From Balanoglossus misakiensis (taxonomy: Eukaryota > Animalia > Hemichordata): DNA of 64,000 nucleotides. Made by a program: the position numbers and the translations under genes. The DNA lies in the NCBI GenBank assembly GCA_040954595.2, contig CM082591.2:10681309-10745308 (forward strand), written 5' to 3'. The notes beneath the pieces were generated by a model. The model did not search any database and was not told where the DNA came from. It worked only from the letters and a program-made list of their open reading frames with translations. Shown one piece after another: positions 14,001-26,895 of the stretch (positions within the stretch are counted from its first letter, which is position 1; the number at the start of each line of letters is the position of its first letter).

Positions 14001-15625
14001 CTGTGTTTGGAAGCAACCATGGAAACTTTAGAACTATCCGTCGATGGACAGAGTCTAGTGGAAAACTTTCTTATGCGCATAGACCTATCATGTGTTCTGC
14101 GCATCACAACAGAATTTTGTAAACAAACGAGGCTGTGTTTGGAGGCAACCATGGAAACTTTAGAACTATCCGTCGATCTACAGAGTCTAGTGGAAAACTT
14201 TCTTATGCGCATAGACCTATCATGTGTTCTGCGCATCACAACAGAATTTTGTAAACAAACGAGGCTGTGTTTGGAAGCAACCATGGAAACTTTAGAATTA
14301 TCCGTCGTTCTACAGAGTCTAGAGGAAAACTTTCTTATCCTCATAGGCCTATCATGTGTTCTGCGCATCACAACAGAATTTTGTAAACAAACGAGGCTGT
14401 GTTTGGAAGCAACCATGCGCATAGACCTATCATGTGTTCTGCGCATCACAACAGAATTTTGTAAACAAACGAGGCTGTGTTTGGAAGCAACCATGGAAAC
14501 TTTAGAACTATCCGTCGATCTACAGAGTCTAGTGGAAAACTTTCTTATGCGCATAGACCTATCATGTGTTCTGCGCATCACAACAGAATTTTGTAAACAA
14601 ACGAGGCTGTGTTTGGAAGCAACCATGGAAACTTTACAACTATCCGTCGTTCTACAGAGTCTAGAGGAAAACTTTCTTATCCTCATAGGCCTATCATGTG
14701 TTCTGCGCATCACAACAGAATTTTGTAAACAAACGAGGCTGTGTTTGGAAGCAACCATGCGCATAGACCTATCATGTGTTCTGCGCATCACAACAGAATT
14801 TTGTAAACAAACGAGGCTGTGTTTGGAAGCAACCATGGAAACTTTAGAACTATCCGTCGATCTACAGAGTCTAGTGGAAAACTTTCTTATGCGCATAGAC
14901 CTATCATGTGTTCTGCGCATCGCAACAGAATTTTGTAAACAAACGAGGCTGTGTTTGGAAGCAACCATGGAAACTTTTGAACTATCCGTCGATCTACAGA
15001 GTCTAGTGGAAAACTTTCTTATGCGCATAGACCTATCATGTGTTCTGCGCATCACAACAGAATTTTGTAAACAAACGAGGCTGTGTTTGGAAGCAACCAT
15101 GGAAACTTTAGAACTATCCGTCGATCTACAGAGTCAAGTGGAAAACTTTCTTATCCTCATAGGCCTATCATGTGTTCTGCACATCACAACAGAATTTTGT
15201 AAACAAACGAGGCTGTGTTTGGAAGCAACCATGGAAACTTTAGAACTATCCGTCGATCTACAGAGTCCAGTGGAAAACTTTCTTATCCTCATAGGCCTAT
15301 CATGTGTTCTGCGCATCACAACAGAATTTTGTAAACAAACGAGGCTGTGTTTGGAAGCAACAATGGAAACTTTAGAACTATCCGTCGATCTACAGTGTCT
15401 AGTGGAAAACTTTCTTATGCGCATAGACCTATCATGTGTTCTGCGCATCACAACAGAATTGTGTAAACAAACGAGGATGTGTTTGGAAGCAACCATGGAA
15501 ACTTTAGAACTATCCGTCGATCGACAGAGTCTAGTGGAAAACTTTCTTATGCGCATAGACCTATCATGTGTTCTGCGCATCACAACAGAATTTTGTAAAC
15601 AAACGAGGCTGTGTTTGGAAGCAAC
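11090..15625. repeat. 2268-bp tandem duplication (16x132 + 2x78)
   Basis: Private variants TATCGGTC (11111/13379), ATCGCAAC (12651/14919) and CTGCACAT (about 12910/15178) recur at +2268. End points are approximate. Confidence 0.9.
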
Positions 15626-18600
15626 CATGGAAACTTTAGAATTATCCGTCGATCTACAGAGTCTAGAGGAAAACTTTCTTATGCGCATAGACCTATCATG
15701 TGTTCTGCGCATCACAACAGAATTTTGTAAACAAACGAGGCTGTGTTTGGAAGCAACCATGAAAACTTTAGAACTATCCGTCGATCGACAGAGTCTGGTG
15801 GAAAACTTTCTTATGCGCATAGACCTATCATGTGTTCTGCGCATCACAACAGAATTTTGTAAACAAACGAGGCTGTGTTTGGAAGCAACCATGGAAACTT
15901 TAGAACTATCCGTCGATGGACAGAGTCTAGTGGAAAACTTTCTTATGCGCATAGACCTATCATGTGTTCTGCGCATCACAACAGAATTTTGTAAACAAAC
16001 GAGGCTGTGTTTGGAGGCAACCATGGAAACTTTAGAACTATCCGTCGATCTACAGAGTCTAGTGGAAAACTTTCTTATGCGCATAGACCTATCATGTGTT
16101 CTGCGCATCACAACAGAATTTTGTAAACAAACGAGGCTGTGTTTGGAAGCAACCATGGAAACTTTAGAATTATCCGTCGTTCTACAGAGTCTAGAGGAAA
16201 ACTTTCTTATCCTCATAGGCCTATCATGTGTTCTGCGCATCACAACAGAATTTTGTAAACAAACGAGGCTGTGTTTGGAAGCAACCATGGAAACTTTAGA
16301 ACTATCCGTCGATCTACAGAGTCAAGTGGAAAACTTTCTTATCCTCATAGGCCTATCATGTGTTCTGCGCATCACAACAGAATTTTGTAAACAAACGAGG
16401 CTGTGTTTGGAAGCAACAATGGAAACTTTAGAACTATCCGTCGATCTACAGTGTCTAGTGGAAAACTTTCTTATGCGCATAGACCTATCATGTGTTCTGC
16501 GCATCACAACAGAATTTTGTAAACAAACGAGGCTGTGTTTGGAAGCAACCATGGAAACTTTAGAACTATCCGTCGATCGACCGAGTCTAGTGGAAAACTT
16601 TCTTATGCGCATAGACCTATCATGTGTTCTGCGCATCACAACAGAATTCTGTAAACAAACGAGGCTGTGTTTGGAAGCAACCATGGAAACTTTAGAACTA
16701 TCCGTCGATCTACAGAGTCAAGTGGAAAACTTTCTTATCCTCATAGGCCTATCATGTGTTCTGCGCATCACAACAGAATTTTGTAAACAAACGAGGCTGT
16801 GTTTGGAAGCAACAATGGAAACTTTAGAACTATCCGTCGATCTACAGTGGCTAGTGGAAAACTTTCTTATGCGCATAGACCTATCATGTGTTCTGCGCAT
16901 CACAACAGAATTTTGTAAACAAACGAGGCTGTGTTTGGAAGCAACCATGGAAACTTTAGAACTATCCGTCGATCGACCGAGTCTAGTGGAAAACTTTCTT
17001 ATGCGCATAGACCTATCATGTGTTCTGCGCATCACAACAGAATTTTGTAAACAAACGAGGCTGTGTTTGGAAGCAACCATGGAAACTTTAGAACTATCCG
17101 TCGATCTACAGAGTCTAGTGGAAAACTTTCTTATGCGCATAGACCTATCATGTGTTCTGCGCATCACAACAGAATTTTGTAAACAAACGAGGCTGTGTTT
17201 GGAAGCAACCATGGAAACTTTAGAACTATCCGTCGATCGACAGAGTCTGGTGGAAAACTTTCTTATGCGCATAGACCTATCATGTGTTCTGCGCATCACA
17301 ACAGAATTTTGTAAACAAACGAGGCTGTGTTTGGAAGCAACCATGGAAACTTTAGAACTATCCGTCGATGGACAGAGTCTAGTGGAAAACTTTCTTATGC
17401 GCATAGACCTATCATGTGTTCTGCGCACCAAAACAGAATTTTGTAAACAAACGAGGCTGTGTTTGGAGGCAACCATGGAAACTTTAGAACTATCCGTCGA
17501 TCTACAGAGTCTAGTGGAAAACTTTCTTATGCGCATAGACCTATCATGTGTTCTGCGCATCACAACAGAATTTTGTAAACAAACGAGGCTGTGTTTGGAA
17601 GCAACCATGGAAACTTTAGAACTATCCGTCGTTCTACAGAGTCTAGAAGAAAACTTTCTTATCCTCATAGGCCTATCATGTGTTCTGCGCATCACAACAG
17701 AATTTTGTAAACAAACGAGGCTGTGTTTGGAAGCAACCATGCGCATAGACCTATCATGTGTTCTGCGCATCACAACAGAATTTTGTAAACAAACGAGGCT
17801 GTGTTTGGAAGCAACCATGGAAACTTTTGAACTATCCGTCGATCTACAGAGTCTAGTGGAAAACTTTCTAATGCGCATAGACCTATCATGTGTTCTGCGC
17901 ATCACAACAGAATTTTGTAAACAAACGAGGCTGTGTTTGGAAGCAACCATGGAAACTTTAGAACTATCCGTCGATCTACAGAGTCCAGTGGAAAACTTTG
18001 TTATCCTCATAGGCCTATCATGTGTTCTGCGCATCACAACAGAATTTTGTAAACAAACGAGGCTGTGTTTGGAAGCAACAATGGAAACTTTAGAACTATC
18101 CGTCGATCTACAGTGTCTAGTGGAAAACTTTCTTATGCGCATAGACCTATCATGTGTTCTGCGCATCACAACATAATTTTGTAAACAAACGAGGATGTGT
18201 TTGGAAGCAACCATGGAAACTTTAGAACTATCCGTCGATCGACAGAGTCTAGTGGAAAACTTTCTTATGCGCATAGACCTATCATGTGTTCTGCGCATCA
18301 CAACATAATTTTGTAAACAAACGAGGCTGTGTTTGGAAGCAACCATGGAAACTTTAGAACTATCCGTCGATCTACAGAGTCTAGTGGAAAACTTTCTTAT
18401 GCGCATAGACCTATCATGTGTTCTGCGCATCACAACAGAATTTTGTAAACAAACGAGGCTGTGTTTGGAAGCAACCATGAAAACTTTAGAACTATCCGTC
18501 GATGGACAGAGTCTGGTGGAAAACTTTCTTATGCGCATAGACCTATCATGTGTTCTGCGCATCACAACAGAATTTTGTAAACAAACGAGGCTGTGTTTGG

Positions 18601-21600
18601 AAGCAACCATGGAAACTTTAGAACTATCCGTCGATGGACAGAGTCTAGTGGAAAACTTTCTTATGCGCATAGACCTATCATGTGTTCTGCGCATCACAAC
18701 AGAATTTTGTAAACAAACGAGGCTGTGTTTGGAGGCAACCATGGAAACTTTAGAACTATCCGTCGATCTACAGAGTCTAGTGGAAAACTTTCTTATGCGC
18801 ATAGACCTATCATGTGTTCTGCGCATAACAACAGAATTTTGTAAACAAACGAGGCTGTGTTTGGAAGCAACCATGGAAACTTTAGAACTATCCGTCGTTC
18901 TGCAGAGTCTACAGGAAAACTTTCTTATCCTCATAGGCCTATCATGTGTTCTGCGCATCACAACAGAATTTTGTAAACAAACGAGGCTGTGTTTGGAAGC
19001 AACCATGGAAACTTTAGAACTATCCGTCGATCTACAGAGTCTAGTGAAAAACTTTCTTATGCGCATAGACCTATCATGTGTTCTGCGCATCACAACAGAA
19101 TTGTGTAAACAAACGAGGCTGTGTTTGGAAGCAACCATGGAAACTTTAGAACTATCCGTCGATCTACAGAGTCTAGTGGAAAACTTTCTTATGCGCATAG
19201 ACCTATCATGTGTTCTGCGCATCACAACAGAATTTTGTAAACAAACGAGGCTGTGTTTGGAAGCAACCATGGAAACTTTTGAACTATCCGTCGATCTACA
19301 GAGTCTAGTGGAAAACTTTCTTATGCGCATAGACCTATCATGTGTTCTGCGCATCACAACAGAATTTTGTAAACAAACGAGGCTGTGTTTGGAAGCAACC
19401 ATGGAAACTTTAGAACTATCCGTCGATCTACAGAGTCCAGTGGAAAACTTTCTTATCCTCATAGGCCTATCATGTGTTCTGCGCATCACAACAGAATTTT
19501 GTAAACAAACGAGGCTGTGTTTGGAAGCAACCATGGAAACTTTAGAACTATCCGTCGATCTACAGAGTCAAGTGGAAAACTTTCTTATCCTCATAGGCCT
19601 ATCATGTGTTCTGCGCATCACAACAGAATTTTGTAAACAAACGAGGCTGTGTTTGGAAGCAACAATGGAAACTTTAGAACTATCCGTCGATCTACAGTGT
19701 CTAGTGGAAAACTTTCTTATGCGCATAGACCTATCATGTGTTCTGCGCATCACAACAGAATTTTGTAAACAAACGAGGCTGTGTTTGGAAGCAACCATGG
19801 AAACTTTAGAACTATCCGTCGATCTACAGAGTCTAGTGGAAAACTTTCTTATGCGCATAGACCTATCATGTGTTCTGCGCATAACAACAGAATTTTGTAA
19901 ACAAACGAGGCTGTGTTTGGAAGCAACCATGGAAACTTTAGAACTATCCGTCGTTCTGCAGAGTCTACAGGAAAACTTTCTTATCCTCATAGGCCTATCA
20001 TGTGTTCTGCGCATAACAACAGAATTTTGTAAACAAACGAGGCTGTGTTTGGAAGCAACCATGGAAACTTTAGAACTATCCGTCGTTCTGCAGAGTCTAC
20101 AGGAAAACTTTCTTATCCTCATAGGCCTATCATGTGTTCTGCGCATCACAACAGAATTTTGTAAACAAACGAGGCTGTGTTTGGAAGCAACCATGGAAAC
20201 TTTAGAACTATCCGTCGATCTACAGAGTCTAGTGGAAAACTTTCTTATGCGCATAGACCTATCATGTGTTCTGCGCATAACAACAGAATTTTGTAAACAA
20301 ACGAGGCTGTGTTTGGAAGCAACCATGGAAACTTTAGAACTATCCGTCGATCTACAGAGTCAAGTGGAAAACTTTCTTATCCTCATAGGCCTATCATGTG
20401 TTCTGCGCATCACAACAGAATTTTGTAAACAAACGAGGCTGTGTTTGGAAGCAACAATGGAAACTTTAGAACTATCCGTCGATCTACAGTGTCTAGTGGA
20501 AAACTTTCTTATGCGCATAGACCTATCATGTGTTCTGCGCATCACAACAGAATTTTGTAAACAAACGAGGCTGTGTTTGGAAGCAACCATGGAAACTTTA
20601 GAACTATCCGTCGATCTACAGAGTCTAGTGGAAAACTTTCTTATGCGCATAGACCTATCATGTGTTCTGCGCATAACAACAGAATTTTGTAAACAAACGA
20701 GGCTGTGTTTGGAAGCAACCAAGGAAACTTTAGAACTATCCGTCGTTCTGCAGAGTCTACAGGAAAACTTTCTTATCCTCATAGGCCTATCATGTGTTCT
20801 GCGCATAACAACAGAATTTTGTAAACAAACGAGGCTGTGTTTGGAAGCAACCATGGAAACTTTAGAACTATCAGTCGTTCTGCAGAGTCTACAGGAAAAC
20901 TTTCTTATCCTCATAGGCCTATCATGTGTTCTGCGCATCACAACAGAATTTTGTAAACAAACGAGGCTGTGTTTGGAAGCAACCATGGAAACTTTAGAAC
21001 TATCCGTCGATCTACAGTGTCTAGTGGAAAACTTTCTTATGCGCATAGACCTATCATGTGTTCTGCGCATCACAACAGAATTTTGTAAACAAACGAGGCT
21101 GTGTTTGGAAGCAACCATGGAAACTTTAGAACTATCCGTCGATCTACAGAGTCTAGTGGAAAACTTTCTTATGCGCATAGACCTATCATGTGTTCTGCGC
21201 ATAACAACAGAATTTTGTAAACAAACGAGGCTGTGTTTGGAAGCAACCATGGAAACTTTAGAACTATCCGTCGTTCTGCAGAGTCTACAGGAAAACTTTC
21301 TTATCCTCATAGGCCTATCATGTGTTCTGCGCATCACAACAGAATTTTGTAAACAAACGAGGCTGTGTTTGGAAGCAACCATGGAAACTTTAGAACTATC
21401 CGTCGATCTACAGAGTCTAGTGAAAAACTTTCTTATGCGCATAGACCTATCATGTGTTCTGCGCATCACAACAGAATTGTGTAAACAAACGAGGATGTGT
21501 TTGGAAGCAACCATGGAAACTTTAGAACTATCCGTCGATCGACAGAGTCTAGTGGAAAACTTTCTTATGCGCATAGACCTATCATGTGTTCTGCGCATCA

Positions 21601-24600
21601 CAACAGAATTTTGTAAACAAACGAGGCTGTGTTTGGAAGCAACCATGGAAACTTTAGAACTATCCGTCGATCTACAGAGTCTAGTGGAAAACTTTCTTAT
21701 GCGCATAGACCTATCATGTGTTCTGCGCATCACAACAGAATTTTGTAAACAAACGAGGCTGTGTTTGGAAGCAACCATGAAAACTTTAGAACTATCCGTC
21801 GATGGACAGAGTCTAGTGGAAAACTTTCTTATGCGCATAGACCTATCATGTGTTCTGCGCATAACAACAGAATTTTGTAAACAAACGAGGCTGTGTTTGG
21901 AAGCAACCATGGAAACTTTAGAACTATCCGTCGTTCTGCAGAGTCTACAGGAAAACTTTCTTATCCTCATAGGCCTATCATGTGTTCTGCGCATCACAAC
22001 AGAATTTTGTAAACAAACGAGGCTGTGTTTGGAAGCAACCATGGAAACTTTAGAACTATCCGTCGATCTACAGAGTCTAGTGAAAAACTTTCTTATGTGC
22101 ATAGACCTATCATGTGTTCTGCGCATCACAACAGAATTGTGTAAACAAACGAGGATGTGTTTGGAAGCAACCATGGAAACTTTAGAACTATCCGTCGATC
22201 GACAGAGTCTAGTGGAAAACTTTCTTATGCGCATAGACCTATCATGTGTTCTGCGCATCACAACAGAATTTTGTAAACAAACGAGGCTGTGTTTGGAAGC
22301 AACCATGGAAACTTTAGAACTATCCGTCGATCTACAGAGTCTAGTGGAAAACTTTCTTATGCGCATAGACCTATCATGTGTTCTGCGCATCACAACAGAA
22401 TTTTGTAAACAAACGAGGCTGTGTTTGGAAGCAACCATGAAAACTTTAGAACTATCCGTCGTTCTGCAGAGTCTACAGGAAAACTTTCTTATCCTCATAG
22501 GCCTATCATGTGTTCTGCGCATCACAACAGAATTTTGTAAACAAACGAGGCTGTGTTTGGAAGCAACCATGGAAACTTTAGAACTATCCGTCGATCTACA
22601 GAGTCTAGTGAAAAACTTTCTTATGCGCATAGACCTATCATGTGTTCTGCGCATCACAACAGAATTGTGTAAACAAACGAGACTGTGTTTGGAAGCAACC
22701 ATGGAAACTTTAGAACTATCCGTCGATCTACAGAGTCTAGTGGAAAACTTTCTTATGCGCATAGACCTATCATGTGTTCTGCGCATCACAACAGAATTTT
22801 GTTAACAAACGAGGCTGTGTTTGGAAGCAACCATGGAAACTTTTGAACTATCCGTCGATCTACAGAGTCTAGTGGAAAACTTTCTAATGCGCATAGACCT
22901 ATCATGTGTTCTGCGCATCACAACAGAATTTTGTAAACAAACGAGGCTGTGTTTGGAAGCAACCATGGAAACTTTAGAACTATCCGTCGATCGACCGAGT
23001 CTAGTGGAAAACTTTCTTATGCGCATAGACCTATCATGTGTTCTGCGCATCACAACAGAATTTTGTAAACAAACGAGGCTGTGTTTGGAAGCAACCATGG
23101 AAACTTTAGAACTATCCGTCGATCTACAGAGTCTAGTGGAAAACTTTCTTATGCGCATAGACCTATCATGTGTTCTGCGCATCACAACAGAATTTTGTAA
23201 ACAAACGAGGCTGTGTTTGGAAGCAACCATGGAAACTTTAGAACTATCCGTCGATCGACAGAGTCTGGTGGAAAACTTTCTTATGCGCATAGACCTATCA
23301 TGTGTTCTGCGCATCACAACAGAATTTTGTAAACAAACGAGGCTGTGTTTGGAAGCAACCATGGAAACTTTAGAACATCCGTCGATGGACAGAGTCTAGT
23401 GGAAAACTTTCTTATGCGCATAGACCTATCATGTGTTCTGCGCACCAAAACAGAATTTTGTAAACAAACGAGGCTGTGTTTGGAGGCAACCATGGAAACT
23501 TTAGAACTATCCGTCGATCTACAGAGTCTAGTGGAAAACTTTCTTATGCGCATAGACCTATCATGTGTTCTGCGCATCACAACAGAATTTTGTAAACAAA
23601 CGAGGCTGTGTTTGGAAGCAACCATGGAAACTTTAGAACTATCCGTCGTTCTACAGAGTCTAGAGGAAAACTTTCTTATCCTCATAGGCCTATCATGTGT
23701 TCTGCGCATCACAACAGAATTTTGTAAACAAACGAGGCTGTGTTTGGAGGCAACCATGGAAACTTTAGAACTATCCGTCGATCTACAGAGTCTAGTGGAA
23801 AACTTTCTTATGCGCATAGACCTATCATGTGTTCTGCGCATCAGAACAGAATTTTGTAAACAAACGAGGCTGTGTTTGGAAGCAACCATGGAAACTTTAG
23901 AACTATCCGTCGATGGACAGAGTCTAGTGGAAAACTTTCTTATGCGCATAGACCTATCATGTGTTCTGCGCACCAAAACAGAATTTTGTAAACAAACGAG
24001 GCTGTGTTTGGAGGCAACCATGGAAACTTTAGAACTATCCGTCGATCTACAGTGTCTAGTGGAAAACTTTCTAATGCGCATAGACCTATCATGTGTTCTG
24101 CGCATCACAACAGAATTTTGTAAACAAACGAGGCTGTGTTTGGAAGCAACCATGGAAACTTTAGAACTATCCGTCGATCGACCGAGTCTAGTGGAAAACT
24201 TTCTTATGCGCATAGACCTATCATGTGTTCTGCGCATCACAACAGAATTTTGTAAACAAACGAGGCTGTGTTTGGAAGCAACCATGGAAACTTTAGAACT
24301 ATCCGTCGATGGACAGAGTCTAGTGGAAAACTTTCTTATGCGCATAGACCTATCATGTGTTCTGCGCACCAAAACAGAATTTTGTAAACAAACGAGGCTG
24401 TGTTTGGAGGCAACCATGGAAACTTTAGAACTATCCGTCGATCTACAGAGTCTAGTGGAAAACTTTCTTATGCGCATAGACCTATCTTGTGTTCTGCGCA
24501 TCACAACAGAATTTTGTAAACAAACGAGGCTGTGTTTGGAAGCAACCATGGAAACTTTAGAACTATCCGTCGTTCTACAGAGTCTAGAGGAAAACTTTCT

Positions 24601-26895
24601 TATCCTCATAGGCCTATCATGTGTTCTGCGCATCACAACAGAATTTTGTAAACAAACGAGGCTGTGTTTGGAAGCAACCATGCGCATAGACCTATCATGT
24701 GTTCTGCGCATCACAACAGAATTTTGTAAACAAACGAGGCTGTGTTTGGAAGCAACCATGGAAACTTTAGAACTATCCGTCGATCTACAGAGTCTAGTGG
24801 AAAACTTTCTTATGCGCATAGACCTATCATGTGTTCTGCGCATCACAACAGAATTTTGTTAACAAACGAGGCTGTGTTTGGAAGCAACCATGGAAACTTT
24901 TGAACTATCCGTCGATCTACAGAGTCTAGTGGAAAACTTTCTAATGCGCATAGACCTATCATGTGTTCTGCGCATCACAACAGAATTTTGTAAACAAACG
25001 AGGCTGTGTTTGGAAGCAACCATGGAAACTTTAGAACATCCGTCGATGGACAGAGTCTAGTGGAAAACTTTCTTATGCGCATAGACCTATCATGTGTTCT
25101 GCGCACCAAAACAGAATTTTGTAAACAAACGAGGCTGTGTTTGGAGGCAACCATGGAAACTTTAGAACTATCCGTCGATCTACAGAGTCTAGTGGAAAAC
25201 TTTCTTATGCGCATAGACCTATCATGTGTTCTGCGCATCACAACAGAATTTTGTAAACAAACGAGGCTGTGTTTGGAAGCAACCATGGAAACTTTAGAAC
25301 TATCCGTCGTTCTACAGAGTCTAGAGGAAAACTTTCTTATCCTCATAGGCCTATCATGTGTTCTGCGCATCACAACAGAATTTTGTAAACAAACGAGGCT
25401 GTGTTTGGAGGCAACCATGGAAACTTTAGAACTATCCGTCGATCTACAGAGTCTAGTGGAAAACTTTCTTATGCGCATAGACCTATCATGTGTTCTGCGC
25501 ATCAGAACAGAATTTTGTAAACAAACGAGGCTGTGTTTGGAAGCAACCATGGAAACTTTAGAACTATCCGTCGATGGACAGAGTCTAGTGGAAAACTTTC
25601 TTATGCGCATAGACCTATCATGTGTTCTGCGCACCAAAACAGAATTTTGTAAACAAACGAGGCTGTGTTTGGAGGCAACCATGGAAACTTTAGAACTATC
25701 CGTCGATCTACAGAGTCTAGTGGAAAACTTTCTTATGCGCATAGACCTATCTTGTGTTCTGCGCATCACAACAGAATTTTGTAAACAAACGAGGCTGTGT
25801 TTGGAAGCAACCATGGAAACTTTAGAACTATCCGTCGTTCTACAGAGTCTAGAGGAAAACTTTCTTATCCTCATAGGCCTATCATGTGTTCTGCGCATCA
25901 CAACAGAATTTTGTAAACAAACGAGGCTGTGTTTGGAAGCAACCATGCGCATAGACCTATCATGTGTTCTGCGCATCACAACAGAATTTTGTAAACAAAC
26001 GAGGCTGTGTTTGGAAGCAACCATGGAAACTTTAGAACTATCCGTCGATCTACAGAGTCTAGTGGAAAACTTTCTTATGCGCATAGACCTATCATGTGTT
26101 CTGCGCATCACAACAGAATTTTGTTAACAAACGAGGCTGTGTTTGGAAGCAACCATGGAAACTTTTGAACTATCCGTCGATCTACAGAGTCTAGTGGAAA
26201 ACTTTCTTATGCGCATAGACCTATCTTGTGTTCTGCGCATCACAACAGAATTTTGTAAACAAACGAGGCTGTGTTTGGAAGCAACCATGGAAACTTTAGA
26301 ACTATCCGTCGTTCTACAGAGTCTAGAGGAAAACTTTCTTATCCTCATAGGCCTATCATGTGTTCTGCGCATCACAACAGAATTTTGTAAACAAACGAGG
26401 CTGTGTTTGGAAGCAACCATGCGCATAGACCTATCATGTGTTCTGCGCATCACAACAGAATTTTGTAAACAAACGAGGCTGTGTTTGGAAGCAACCATGG
26501 AAACTTTAGAACTATCCGTCGATCTACAGAGTCTAGTGGAAAACTTTCTTATGCGCATAGACCTATCATGTGTTCTGCGCATCACAACAGAATTTTGTTA
26601 ACAAACGAGGCTGTGTTTGGAAGCAACCATGGAAACTTTTGAACTATCCGTCGATCTACAGAGTCTAGTGGAAAACTTTCTAATGCGCATAGACCTATCA
26701 TGTGTTCTGCGCATCACAACAGAATTTTGTAAACAAACGAGGCTGTGTTTGGAAGCAACCATGGAAACTTTAGAACTATCCGTCGATCTACAGAGTCCAG
26801 TGGAAAACTTTCTTATCCTCATAGGCCTATCATGTGTTCTGCGCATCACAACAGAATTTTGTAAACAAACGAGGCTGTGTTTGGAAGCAACAAGC

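Larger units (their letters stand above)
1..26893. repeat. 132-bp tandem satellite array, segment 1 (runs off the left edge), with interspersed 78-bp deletion monomers
   Basis: A direct head-to-tail 132-bp period is visible throughout (e.g. ATGGAAAC at 39, 171, 303). Monomers differ by only a few substitutions and no inversions were seen. Confidence 0.99.
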
